The notes beneath the pieces are model-generated. The model worked only from the letters and a program-made list of their open reading frames with translations, was not told the origin of the DNA and made no database searches. Of a stretch of DNA of 64,000 nucleotides, positions 39,477 through 49,483 are shown in pieces. The first letter of the stretch is position 1; each line of letters begins with the position of its first letter. This DNA is from Candidatus Firestoneibacteriota bacterium (GTDB lineage: Bacteria; Oederibacteriota; D2-FULL-39-29; JBBTED01): contig JBBTED010000059.1 of assembly GCA_038042445.1 (NCBI GenBank), positions 1 to 64,000 of the forward strand, given 5' to 3'. Both the position numbers and the translations under genes were made by a program.

Positions 39477-40402
39477 TGCAAAATAAGTTGTACGATATAA
39501 TAATAATAGGTGGTGGTCCTGCTGGTTTGACTGCAGGTTTATACTGTTCACGTGCAGGGTTTACCACTTTGCTTTTGGAAAAAGGACTTTTAGGCGGTAA
39601 ATTAACTGATATAAGTGATATAGAAAATTATCCCGGTTTTCCAGATGGTGTAAATGGTGCAGAGCTTGCATTAAAAATGCAGAACCAAGCAAAACGTTTT
39701 GGATTAGAAGTTGTCCATTCAGCAATTGAAAGTATAAAACTTGAAGAAAAAATAAAACACGTAAAAACTAATTCCTCACAAATCTACATTTCAAAAGCAA
39801 TAATAATAGCTTCAGGTTCTGATTCTGTTAAATTAAATGTTCCCGGTGAAGATAATTTGCGTGGCAAAGGTGTATCATATTGTGCCACTTGTGATGGTCC
39901 TTTGTTTAAAAATGCTTCTATTGCTGTAATAGGTGGTGGAGATTCTGCATTAGAAGAAGCGTTGTTTTTAACCAGATTTGCAAAAAGTGTTACTATAGTT
40001 CATAGACGCGATTCTTTGCGTGCAGTTAAAATACTTCAGGATAGGGCTTTAGCAAATGAAAAGATAAAATTTATATGGAATTCTGTAGTTTCTGAAATAC
40101 AAGGCAGTAGTAGTGTTGAAAAATTAATTCTGGAGAATGTGAAAACAGGTAAAAAAGAAAATTTTGTATGCGATGGCATATTTGTATATATAGGTTTAAA
40201 ACCAAATACTGCATTTTTGAATGGTATTATTAAAACGAATGAATATGGATATATAATCACAAATGAAAATTTAGAATCATCATCTCCTGGAATTTTTGCA
40301 GCAGGCGATGTTAGAAAAAAACAGTTGCCGCAGATATCAACTGCAGTAGGAGATGGTGCATTAGCTTCATTTTCTGCACGTAAATACTTAGAGGAGTTTT
40401 AA
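39476..40402 (+). CDS. trxB: Thioredoxin reductase
   Basis: GGGPAG, GVSYCATCDG, GGGDSA, FAAGDV. Confidence 0.96.
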   Translation: MQNKLYDIIIIGGGPAGLTAGLYCSRAGFTTLLLEKGLLGGKLTDISDIENYPGFPDGVNGAELALKMQNQAKRFGLEVVHSAIESIKLEEKIKHVKTNSSQIYISKAIIIASGSDSVKLNVPGEDNLRGKGVSYCATCDGPLFKNASIAVIGGGDSALEEALFLTRFAKSVTIVHRRDSLRAVKILQDRALANEKIKFIWNSVVSEIQGSSSVEKLILENVKTGKKENFVCDGIFVYIGLKPNTAFLNGIIKTNEYGYIITNENLESSSPGIFAAGDVRKKQLPQISTAVGDGALASFSARKYLEEF

Positions 40403-40749
40403 TGCCGAAATTGTGTGACAGGTGTTTTAAACCAATTACAAAGTCAATGCAAAGATATACTGTAAAAATAGAAGTGTATGCATCTGCCGATGAAAAACTT
40501 GCCATTACAAAAAAGGATTTGCAAAAAGATTTTCATAAAGAAATAAAAGATTTAATCAATATAATGAAAAATATGAGCTCTGAAGAACTTATGGAAGATA
40601 TATATGTAAAATTTATGTATAACCTATGTCCTAAATGCCATAGTTTATATGTTTCTGCCTTAAAAGAAGAAGTAAAAGATAAGATGTTATTTAAAAAAAT
40701 ATCTTATAAGCATTTAAATTCACAAATTCTTTCCGAAAATAAAAACTAA
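40402..40749 (+). CDS. Hypothetical zinc-binding protein
   Basis: CDRC...LCPKC; translationally coupled to trxB. Confidence 0.6.
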   Translation: MPKLCDRCFKPITKSMQRYTVKIEVYASADEKLAITKKDLQKDFHKEIKDLINIMKNMSSEELMEDIYVKFMYNLCPKCHSLYVSALKEEVKDKMLFKKISYKHLNSQILSENKN

Positions 40750-40761
40750 AATAGTGTTCAC

Positions 40762-42357
40762 TTATTTTTCTTCATGTAATAATTCAAGAAATTTGTTAAA
40801 TTCTTCTGCAGCTGTTAGACCTTCACCTATTTCTTCCAAACATAAACTTAATACGTAATGTGCTCTAATATGCTTGGAGTTAATTTTTATTATTTCTTTG
40901 CATATATTTATCGTTTGTTGATATTCCTCCATTTTCCAGTAACAATAAGCCGTGGAATATTTTTTTTCTAGATTATTAGGATCTATTTGCACTGATTTTT
41001 TAGCTAAACTTAATGCTTTTTCAAAATTGTGTTTTTCTAACTCTGTAATAATTGCAGTATAATAAGCGTCCGAAAACTGTGGGTCTTTTTTTATTGATTT
41101 AGATATATAAAAATCAGATTTTTTTAGTTTTTCTATTTTTCTATGTGCTATACTAATATTACGATATAAATTAGCCATATTTGAATCTAACTTGATGGCT
41201 TTTTTCCAACTTAATATAGCTTTTTCATATTTTCCTCTATCATAGTATGTAATTCCTTGTTTGTTTAGTCCAGATGCTATTTCTTCTGCTTCTATCTTTT
41301 TTGGTTTTGCAACAAATAATGCAGATACAAGATATTTTTTTATTTTACTTATTTCAAAAAACTGCAATGTACTATTATCTGTTTTTTTTCCATTTACATA
41401 TGCAAAAACTATTTTCTCTCCTTTTTCTGCCCAAATTGGACAAGTGTCTGCAATAGAAAATTCAGTTAATGGTTTTCTAACTTTATTTCTAAAATTATAG
41501 ACATATAAATTAAATTTACTTTGGAATAAAATCATTTTGTCATCAGGTGACCATACGGAAGGAGTATCATCGCATACGTAATCTTTTACTAAACATGTTT
41601 GCATGCTTCCATCACTATTTGTCAACCATAATTCTTTACTTTTATAAAATACTATTTTGGTTCCATCATTTGAAAACATAGGGTATTTAATATTAGAAGA
41701 ATATTTTGTAAGTTGAGTAAATACAAAATTATTTGTTTCCAACTCTGATATTTTCCAGATATTGATATATCCATTTTTATTACTTGCAAAAATAATATAC
41801 TTATTATCAGGAGACCATGATGGATGAGCATTAAAGCTTGTTTTTAATTTATCTGTTAGATTAATTTTGCTTTTATCCATAATATCAATTGTAAAAATAT
41901 TTATATTTCTATTTTTATCTAAGTCAGTAAAAGCTATTTTATTACTATCGGGATTCCATGAAATAGGAAAACTAATTAGATTTACAGATGTTAATTCCCA
42001 TTCATCTTTGCCATCAGCAGTTACAATATTTAAACTGTATTTGCCATCAGTGCATCTAAAATATGCAATATATTCTCCATTTGGTGACCAATAAGGTAAA
42101 ATACAATCTCCATATAAAATTTTGGTTAATCTTTTTTGATTATTACCTGTAGAGTCAATTTTATAAATTAAAGAATTTGATGTGGTTGAGGCAAATGAAC
42201 TGAATACTATCCATTTTCCATCTGGTGAACATGATGGAGAAACACCATTAATGCGTATTAATCCTTTTGCTTTTGGAAGTGCGAATATATTCAAATAAAT
42301 GATATAAAAAAGAATAGCCAAAAATATCGTAGTAATTATTAGTATAAGTTTTTTCAT
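40762..42357 (-). CDS. TolB-like (PD40) beta-propeller plus TPR protein
   Basis: Repeated WSPD/WSPN motifs; C-terminal TPRs; N-terminal TM. Confidence 0.8.
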   Translation of the reverse strand: MKKLILIITTIFLAILFYIIYLNIFALPKAKGLIRINGVSPSCSPDGKWIVFSSFASTTSNSLIYKIDSTGNNQKRLTKILYGDCILPYWSPNGEYIAYFRCTDGKYSLNIVTADGKDEWELTSVNLISFPISWNPDSNKIAFTDLDKNRNINIFTIDIMDKSKINLTDKLKTSFNAHPSWSPDNKYIIFASNKNGYINIWKISELETNNFVFTQLTKYSSNIKYPMFSNDGTKIVFYKSKELWLTNSDGSMQTCLVKDYVCDDTPSVWSPDDKMILFQSKFNLYVYNFRNKVRKPLTEFSIADTCPIWAEKGEKIVFAYVNGKKTDNSTLQFFEISKIKKYLVSALFVAKPKKIEAEEIASGLNKQGITYYDRGKYEKAILSWKKAIKLDSNMANLYRNISIAHRKIEKLKKSDFYISKSIKKDPQFSDAYYTAIITELEKHNFEKALSLAKKSVQIDPNNLEKKYSTAYCYWKMEEYQQTINICKEIIKINSKHIRAHYVLSLCLEEIGEGLTAAEEFNKFLELLHEEK

Positions 42358-42468
42358 AAAATAGAAATATAATAAATTCTATCATGCTAAATAGAACTTA
42401 AGCAATTGAATTAGTAATATTTTTTTGCTTTACTTTTATATTATGGGGAGAGTAGTATAAAGTAAAGT

Positions 42469-43176
42469 ATGAAGAAAATTCTATTTAGTATAGTTATTAT
42501 AATTGGAATAACAATAACCAATATTAGTTATTCTGAAAAAGTAGTAGTTCCTACAATAATGCAAGAAATGAAACGTGATGAAGAATTGCGAAGAATTATG
42601 TTGATTGCCGAAAAAGGATTAGATAAATGGATAAAATGGTGTAGCGTAACAATTGCAAAATTTGATATTAAGCAATGCAAGAAAGAGAAAGAAGAATCCA
42701 TTCATTTTTATGAATTCGGACCTATGAATACTGAAATTTATCAATTTGATAAAATGAAGAATAAATTAGAGGTGAAATTGTATTCCTACTCGCCAGATAA
42801 AACCAAAGTTTTACATATTAATAATGGAATATTTGTTAATAAAAAAGGAGAATTTGAGTTAGTTGGTGAACCTGATTCTGCAGTGAGTTTTATCGATCTT
42901 AAAAAGGGAAAACATTATCATATATTATTTTATGGGACAATGGGCGGATTTAATGAAATGATTTGGATAGATGCCAATAATTTTATAATTACTGCAAGTA
43001 GTTGGGATGAGTTTTCTCAAGGAAAGATTCACTATACCCCCATGTTATATTTTTTTAGCCTTTCCAAAAATATAATGATTCAATATAGACATCCTGGAAT
43101 AAAAACTTCTACTGAAACATTTTTTTTAAATTGGCAACGATACTTTGAAGTAAAATTCCCAAACTTAAAGAGATAA
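42469..43176 (+). CDS. Hypothetical secreted protein
   Basis: Signal-peptide-like N-terminus; no family recognised. Confidence 0.55.
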   Translation: MKKILFSIVIIIGITITNISYSEKVVVPTIMQEMKRDEELRRIMLIAEKGLDKWIKWCSVTIAKFDIKQCKKEKEESIHFYEFGPMNTEIYQFDKMKNKLEVKLYSYSPDKTKVLHINNGIFVNKKGEFELVGEPDSAVSFIDLKKGKHYHILFYGTMGGFNEMIWIDANNFIITASSWDEFSQGKIHYTPMLYFFSLSKNIMIQYRHPGIKTSTETFFLNWQRYFEVKFPNLKR

Positions 43177-43199
43177 ATAAGTAACATTAGTTTTTAAAT

Positions 43200-44255
43200 A
43201 TGAAAAAGTTCATAATAAAATTAATAATATTATTGCTGCTTAGTTCGCTTTTTAATTTACTTAATCCTGAAAATATAATGTGCAAACAAGAAACAAATGG
43301 AAATAAATACAAGATAGCATTTGTAATGGACAAAAATATATGGATAATGAATGACGATGGAAGTGAGAAACGCCAAATAACAAAAACTAATGATGTGAGT
43401 ATTTTATTTGGCTGGTTTCCTGATAACAAAAATTTGTTATATGGTGTCGAAAACATCAAAAGCACCATAGAAAATTGTAGCAATGGATATAAGTTATGGA
43501 TATTAACAGTAGACGAAAATAAAGTAGTTAAACTCGCTCAGGAATTTAATGTATTTAAGATAAACTATTTTGATAATGAAATGGTTATATTTACTACTAT
43601 AGATAGTCGTGTGTGGAGTATAAATATGAAAAAGCATCAAATAAAAAAAATATTTGATAAAAATGGAACATTTCAAGATTTGTCGCCTGATAAAAAAAGG
43701 ATATTATATATTGATTCTCCGGAAATTTCATCTGTTGAATCTAATGAAATTGAAATTGCTGATCCTGGTATAGATATCTATTGGTTGGATATTTCCAACT
43801 TAAATGAAAAATTTTTAATAACTTCAACTTTTACTAATAATGCTCTGTGGTTATCAAATGATAAAATTATTTATTCTGAAATGAAAGGAATTTATACAGA
43901 TTTATCTGTGGTAAGGATTGATACGGGTGAGCAACAGATATTAAAATTTAAAAATTTTCCTCTAACTAATTATGATATAAAACTTTCCCCAAAACGGGAT
44001 AAAATAATTGGTCTTTGGACAACTCAAGAGTATATCAGATATACACAAAAGGATTTTCTTTGGGTGGGAAAGTTAAAAACAAAAATTGGTAAGACAATAA
44101 CAAGGGGAATAAAAAATTGTATAAATTATTGGCATTCAGATAATGAAAGAATCATATATGTTTCGGATAGAAATGGAATTTGGATTGTAGATTATGATGG
44201 TAAAAATTCAAAAAAACTTTCAGATAAAGGTGATTATCCCTGTTGCTCAAAATAA
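43200..44255 (+). CDS. Secreted TolB-like beta-propeller protein
   Basis: IWIMNDDGS, WFPD, LSPD, IWIVDYDG repeats. Confidence 0.7.
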   Translation: MKKFIIKLIILLLLSSLFNLLNPENIMCKQETNGNKYKIAFVMDKNIWIMNDDGSEKRQITKTNDVSILFGWFPDNKNLLYGVENIKSTIENCSNGYKLWILTVDENKVVKLAQEFNVFKINYFDNEMVIFTTIDSRVWSINMKKHQIKKIFDKNGTFQDLSPDKKRILYIDSPEISSVESNEIEIADPGIDIYWLDISNLNEKFLITSTFTNNALWLSNDKIIYSEMKGIYTDLSVVRIDTGEQQILKFKNFPLTNYDIKLSPKRDKIIGLWTTQEYIRYTQKDFLWVGKLKTKIGKTITRGIKNCINYWHSDNERIIYVSDRNGIWIVDYDGKNSKKLSDKGDYPCCSK

Positions 44256-44259
44256 TTAA

Positions 44260-45216
44260 ATGCAAAAAATATTTATATATATAATAATATTCTTAATTAT
44301 AGGGTTTTCTATACCAATTAATATAGTGAGTGCACAATACGATAATATTTATAAGATAAATCATATTATTAATAGTTTAGATAACCATCTTTTTTCTACA
44401 TATTATTATCTTCAGGTTGAAACAGCAAGTAATTTAGGGAAATCAGTTATGCCAATATTAATAAAATCTTTAGCCGATGAAAGGTATAATATCAGATGTT
44501 TTGCAGCAGATGTTTTAGGAAACATAAGGATGAGAGATAAGATTGCAATTCCATATTTAGTTGAAGCATCTACGGATAAACATCCAATGGTGAGACAAAG
44601 TGTTGGTATTGCTTTAACAAAATATCTTGATTTGAATAATCAAGAAGTAATTGCTTCGTTAAAAAAATTATTACAAGATAATGTATGGGAAGTTCGGACA
44701 GGTGTTCTTAACTCGTTAGGAGTTAAGAAAATCAAAATATTTATGCCAGAAATAATAAAAATGTTAAGTGATGAACATGAATGGGTTCGTGTATCTGCTA
44801 TAGATGCATTAGAAAAAGCAAAAGATATTCAAGTAATGCAATTTTTGCGAAAATTATTTGATGATCCACAAGAATTTGTTAAAGTTAGAGCATATCATGT
44901 AGCCGCAAAGATGGATAAATCAATAATAGAAGAATGTTTAATTGAGTTAAAAAATGATGATACAAATATTAGAAAATTTGCAATTAAGAAACTTGGTTGG
45001 ATAGCAGATAAAAATACGATAAATAATTTAGTAGAGCTAATATCCGAAGTAGATATAGAAGAACAAGGTTTAATAGCTCTTTCTTTGTCAGAAATATGCT
45101 GGGAAAATCCAGGATTAATAGGTGAAATAAAACATTTATGTAATAGTTCAAATAATAAGATTAAGAAAGTAGCCGAAATGATACTTTATTATATAGAACA
45201 AAGCGTATATGACTAA
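44260..45216 (+). CDS. Secreted HEAT-repeat protein
   Basis: L.D....VR..A...L repeats after a signal peptide. Confidence 0.75.
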   Translation: MQKIFIYIIIFLIIGFSIPINIVSAQYDNIYKINHIINSLDNHLFSTYYYLQVETASNLGKSVMPILIKSLADERYNIRCFAADVLGNIRMRDKIAIPYLVEASTDKHPMVRQSVGIALTKYLDLNNQEVIASLKKLLQDNVWEVRTGVLNSLGVKKIKIFMPEIIKMLSDEHEWVRVSAIDALEKAKDIQVMQFLRKLFDDPQEFVKVRAYHVAAKMDKSIIEECLIELKNDDTNIRKFAIKKLGWIADKNTINNLVELISEVDIEEQGLIALSLSEICWENPGLIGEIKHLCNSSNNKIKKVAEMILYYIEQSVYD

Positions 45217-45300
45217 TAGATAATTTTATAAATAAAATTTTTAAAAAACAGTCTTTTGAGTAAAAAAACATTGACTGTTATCATATGGGGCAACATGATA

Positions 45301-46368
45301 ATGAGAACATTTAAAAAGGTTTTGTTGGCGATAATGTTGACTGTTTTATTTGTTGCATTTGTAAATAGTGATGAGACGTTGTGGAATAAGTTAAATGAAG
45401 AAATTGGTGTGCTTTATGAAAAAGGTCAATATTCAGAAGCAGTTAAAGTGTCCGAAGAATCTTTAAGGGTTGCAGAAAAAACATTTGGCTCTAGTCATTC
45501 TAATGTAGCAGAATCACTCAATAATCTTGCATTGCTTTATGAGAAATTGGGAAAATATACAGAAGCAGAGCCACTTTATAAAAGAGCATTAAAAATATAT
45601 GAAGAGGTTTTAGGTCCAAATCATGAAGATGTTGCAACATGTTTAAATAATTTGGGAGGACTTTATTATATTCAGGGTAAATATGTTGAAGCAGAACAAT
45701 TTTTAAAAAGAGCATTGACTATATTGGGAAAATCTTCAAAAAAGAATGTCGATAATGTAGCAAGCTCTTTGAATACTTTAGCTGCTGTTTATAGCGGACA
45801 AAAGAAGTATGTCGAGGCAGAGTTACTTTGTAAACGGGGATTGGAAATTTTTGAAAAGACTTTACCTCCAGATCATTCATATGTAGCGGTATTACTTAAT
45901 AATTTAGCTATAATTTATAAAATGGAAGGCAAATATAAAGAAGCTGAACCTATTTATAAAAGAGTATTGTTGATATTAGAGAAAACTCTTGAACCTGAAC
46001 ATCCTGATATTGCAGCATTTCAGAATAATTTAGCTGCGTTTTACAAAATACAAGGAAAGTATACTGAGGCTGAGGTTTATTGCAAACGAGCATTAAGAAT
46101 ATATGAAAAAACTTTAGGTCTAAATCATCCAAATGTGGCGGCATTTTCAAATAATTTGGCAGAAATTTATCGAGTTTTAGGTAGATATAAAGAAGCCGAG
46201 CCTCTTTATAAAAGGGCATTGGCGATTTGGAAAAAAAATCTTGTTCCCAATCATCCTGATATAATACAAATTTTGGACCATATGATAGAAATGTACAAAA
46301 TGATGGGTAAAAATGGTGAAGCAAAAAAAATGCAACAGTATTTAGAAGAAATTACTTCAGAGAAATAA
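45301..46368 (+). CDS. Tetratricopeptide repeat protein (kinesin-light-chain-type 42-aa repeats)
   Basis: Repeated HP.VA..LNNLA..Y...GKY.EAEPLYKRAL.I; start uncertain (45295/45301). Confidence 0.88.
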   Translation: MRTFKKVLLAIMLTVLFVAFVNSDETLWNKLNEEIGVLYEKGQYSEAVKVSEESLRVAEKTFGSSHSNVAESLNNLALLYEKLGKYTEAEPLYKRALKIYEEVLGPNHEDVATCLNNLGGLYYIQGKYVEAEQFLKRALTILGKSSKKNVDNVASSLNTLAAVYSGQKKYVEAELLCKRGLEIFEKTLPPDHSYVAVLLNNLAIIYKMEGKYKEAEPIYKRVLLILEKTLEPEHPDIAAFQNNLAAFYKIQGKYTEAEVYCKRALRIYEKTLGLNHPNVAAFSNNLAEIYRVLGRYKEAEPLYKRALAIWKKNLVPNHPDIIQILDHMIEMYKMMGKNGEAKKMQQYLEEITSEK

Positions 46369-46583
46369 CAAAATTTCCATAAGTATTCATTTTTATCTCT
46401 TATTTTTCTTAAAAAGCTATCAGAAATATTAACATTTCAAGATACTAATTGCCAATATGCTTAAAATTAAAAATGATTGTATTGTGATTATAGATTAGAT
46501 ATAATTATATAAAAAATTATTGTAGTTGCTCAATTTATTGAGCATATTTTTATAAATGAATTAGGTGTATATGGAGGTGATAG

Positions 46584-46727
46584 ATGATGAAACAGAAAGG
46601 GTTGTTATTGGCGTATGTTATAGCAGCGGTATTGCTTGCACATTTAATTCTTGTGGTTGGATGTGGAAGAAATCCATTGCTTAGTGCTTTAGGTTCTAGC
46701 TTTAATGTAGGAGTTGGAAGGTTGTAA
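46584..46727 (+). CDS. 47-aa putative lipoprotein (absent from ORF track)
   Basis: RBS GGAGGTG; MMKQKGLLLAYVIAAVLLAHLILVVG-CGRNPLLSALGSSFNVGVGRL. Confidence 0.5.
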   Translation: MMKQKGLLLAYVIAAVLLAHLILVVGCGRNPLLSALGSSFNVGVGRL

Positions 46728-46803
46728 ATGTTTATGTGCATAAGTGCATAGGTTAAATTTGTAATTGCTAGGATAAATTTGGATAGGATAAGAGGAGGGT
46801 AAA

Positions 46804-47823
46804 ATGATAAATAAAGTGAAAAATATATTTAAAATAACAATTTTGGTAGAGTGTGTAGTTTTAGCGGTTTTAATGGGGATGAAACATTTTAGTCCTAATA
46901 TAGTTGATGCAATACAGTGGTTAGCACATAATAGTTCTGCACCTGAATCTTTTATTGTAACTGTACAAAATATAGAGTTGCAGAAAGAGGATGGAACTAA
47001 TGTTTCTGTATGGAGTGGTTCAGAGGATGTAGATATAGCAAAAGTAACTTCTCTTGCGGATGTAACAGCATTTAAAGGAGATATTCCTCCTGGAAAATAC
47101 AAAAAATTCTTTTTAACAATATCTAGCAAATACAAAGTTAAAGGTAGTGTGGTTCTAAATGGAACTACATATTACACTAAGATTGCTCATACAGGTTATA
47201 CAATAGCTCCAGCAGAATTAGAAGAAGTAGGAATACTTGGACAGAATATGCCTCAACAAAGAATTGAAAGAGTTTTTGATCCTGTAGCTCAACTTGGTGG
47301 TTCTATTTCTGAAGCACATATTCTTGTTGATATATCTAATTTCCTTACTTATTATGATGGGAACGAGCAAACAAGTAATGAATTTAATTTTGGAAGTTAT
47401 AAGCCCACAGCAGGTATGTATTTATGGAGTTATTTGCCTTATGCACTTACAATTGGTAAGCCAGCTATAAAGGAAATATATGAGTATACTAGTTCAACAA
47501 CAATAGGCACAGGACTTTTAACTATTATTTATGATAGCGATAATAATCCTATAGATGCAATGGCAAGACCACTTTATACAAATAATTCTGGTACTCAATT
47601 TAAACTTTTCCCTTCTGAAGCAGGTGTAATTACTGGTAGTAATTTACAAAAAAATTCTGATGGAACATTGAGACTTCAGATGAATCCTGCTCCAACTGAT
47701 ACTAGTGATACAATGGGTTTTGGTACTATAGTTATGTCTAATTTCCAAAGAATCAGTCATACAGGTAGTTATACATCTACAAGACAAGGAAATGGAACAT
47801 ATACAGCTACAAGAATTCAATAA
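46804..47823 (+). CDS. Hypothetical exported protein (DUF4382-like N-terminal part)
   Basis: RBS GAGGAGG; VTVQNIEL...IPPGKY pattern; Ser/Thr-rich beta content. Confidence 0.5.
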   Translation: MINKVKNIFKITILVECVVLAVLMGMKHFSPNIVDAIQWLAHNSSAPESFIVTVQNIELQKEDGTNVSVWSGSEDVDIAKVTSLADVTAFKGDIPPGKYKKFFLTISSKYKVKGSVVLNGTTYYTKIAHTGYTIAPAELEEVGILGQNMPQQRIERVFDPVAQLGGSISEAHILVDISNFLTYYDGNEQTSNEFNFGSYKPTAGMYLWSYLPYALTIGKPAIKEIYEYTSSTTIGTGLLTIIYDSDNNPIDAMARPLYTNNSGTQFKLFPSEAGVITGSNLQKNSDGTLRLQMNPAPTDTSDTMGFGTIVMSNFQRISHTGSYTSTRQGNGTYTATRIQ

Positions 47824-47888
47824 ACAATTAAAACAAAAAGTATAGTTGCATATAGATTAGTTACTATAATAAAGGGGAGGTATAGAAA

Positions 47889-48449
47889 ATGAAGAAATAT
47901 TTTTTGTATATAATGACTATAATTTTAGGAGTAACGACACTTGCACAAGCAGAAATATTTTCAGTGGATACGCGTATTGGGGAGTATTGGGTTGGTTCAT
48001 TTGTAAATTATCGTACATCACGTGTAACATTAGGTTTGCCATTTTTAGTTTCAGGAAGAATAGTCAATGGAGTATATAATGGTTTGGGTTTTAAGGGAGA
48101 GCTTAACAATTATAGAATAGGACTCCAGGGAGTTTATGATATAAGCGTGCCTGAGACAGGATTTTCTATAAAACCATTTGTAGGGTTTAGTTTAAGTAGT
48201 TCAGATACTGTTTCAAATTCAATATCATTTGATTGTGGTTCTGATGCAAAGTTTGATTTAATAGGATGGTTAGCAGGCGCTGCAGGAGCAGAGGCAACAA
48301 TATTTAGTGATTCATATATGTTAGATTACTATGCAGGACCTTCATTTCCAATAATTGAATATATAACACTGGATGTGTTATATACAGGTTTATTGACAAA
48401 TAATAATCACAAAACAGGTTTTGCCGGCAGAGTGACCTTTCAATTTTGA
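47889..48449 (+). CDS. Putative small outer-membrane beta-barrel protein
   Basis: Signal peptide AQA, alternating beta pattern, C-terminal VTFQF. Confidence 0.55.
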   Translation: MKKYFLYIMTIILGVTTLAQAEIFSVDTRIGEYWVGSFVNYRTSRVTLGLPFLVSGRIVNGVYNGLGFKGELNNYRIGLQGVYDISVPETGFSIKPFVGFSLSSSDTVSNSISFDCGSDAKFDLIGWLAGAAGAEATIFSDSYMLDYYAGPSFPIIEYITLDVLYTGLLTNNNHKTGFAGRVTFQF

Positions 48450-48464
48450 GGAGGTTGATGTTAG

Positions 48465-49394
48465 GTGGAAAATTTATCTGAAATTTCCAGAAGAAAATTC
48501 ATAAGAAATATGGCTGCGGGTAGTTTAGTATTATTAGCATCTAAAGCAATAAAAGTTAAAGAAGTTTTTGGCAAAAGTGATATATCTACGATACCTACGA
48601 TTGTTGCAGCAAATAGTCCAAATCCAGGTTTTGCGACAAAGGCATGTATAAAAGAACTTGGTGGTATGTCAAAGTTTGTTAAAAAAAATGATGTGGTTGT
48701 GATTAAGCCAAATATTGCTTTTGACCGTAGACCTGAGCAGGCTGCTACTACAAATCCTGATGTAATTGCTGCTTTAATACAAGAATGTTTAAATGCGGGA
48801 GCCAAAACTGTTAAAGTTTTTGATAGGACTTGTAATGATGCAAGACGTACTTATGAGACAAGTGGTATTTCAAAGGTAAGTCGGAAACTTGGAGCAGATG
48901 TTCATTATGTAAATGAAGGCAAATTTCATGATGTAAAAATACCGGGTGGTGTGGCATTTAAATCCTGGCCTGTTTATGATGAAGCAAGGGAATGCGATGT
49001 GTTTATCAATGTTCCAATACTTAAACAGCATGCAGTAGCAAAAGTTACAATGGGATTTAAAAACTTGATGGGAATAGCAGGTGGAAATCGTGGAATATGG
49101 CATAGGAATATAAACAATTCTATTGTAGATTTAAATTCTGTAGTTAAAGTGCATTTGACTGTATTAGATGCTTATAGAGTTTTAATAAATCATGGGCCTA
49201 CAGGCGGTAGATTAGAAGATGTTAAACTATTTAATAAAATAGTAATAGGTACGGATAGGGTGGCAGTAGATGTGTATGGAGCAAAACTTTTTGGTATTTC
49301 CGCGTCAGAATTACCATTTATTAAGCAGGCTTCAGAAGTTGGATTAGGTGAAGCAAATTTAGAAAAGGTATCAATTAAAGAAATAAATGTTTAA
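48465..49394 (+). CDS. DUF362 family Tat-exported Fe-S protein
   Basis: SRRKFI Tat motif; VVIKPN, TTNP, INVPILKQH, KNLMG, DRVAVD. Confidence 0.85.
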   Translation: MENLSEISRRKFIRNMAAGSLVLLASKAIKVKEVFGKSDISTIPTIVAANSPNPGFATKACIKELGGMSKFVKKNDVVVIKPNIAFDRRPEQAATTNPDVIAALIQECLNAGAKTVKVFDRTCNDARRTYETSGISKVSRKLGADVHYVNEGKFHDVKIPGGVAFKSWPVYDEARECDVFINVPILKQHAVAKVTMGFKNLMGIAGGNRGIWHRNINNSIVDLNSVVKVHLTVLDAYRVLINHGPTGGRLEDVKLFNKIVIGTDRVAVDVYGAKLFGISASELPFIKQASEVGLGEANLEKVSIKEINV

Positions 49395-49444
49395 TACAAA
49401 TGTATTAAGTTGTTTGTAGTTGCCGATTTATCGGCTTTTTAATT
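49392..49444. repeat. 53-bp GTAG-type REP element, inverted near-copy of 12517-12569
   Basis: TAATACAAATGTATTAAGTTGTTTGTAGTTGCCGATTTATCGGCTTTT. Confidence 0.8.
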
Positions 49445-49483
49445 CTGTCTGCCTATGCGGACAATTGCAATAGTCAAAGAATT

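Noticed and set aside
45480..46260. 126-bp periodic DNA repeats
   Set aside because: Explained by ordinary 42-aa TPR protein repeats
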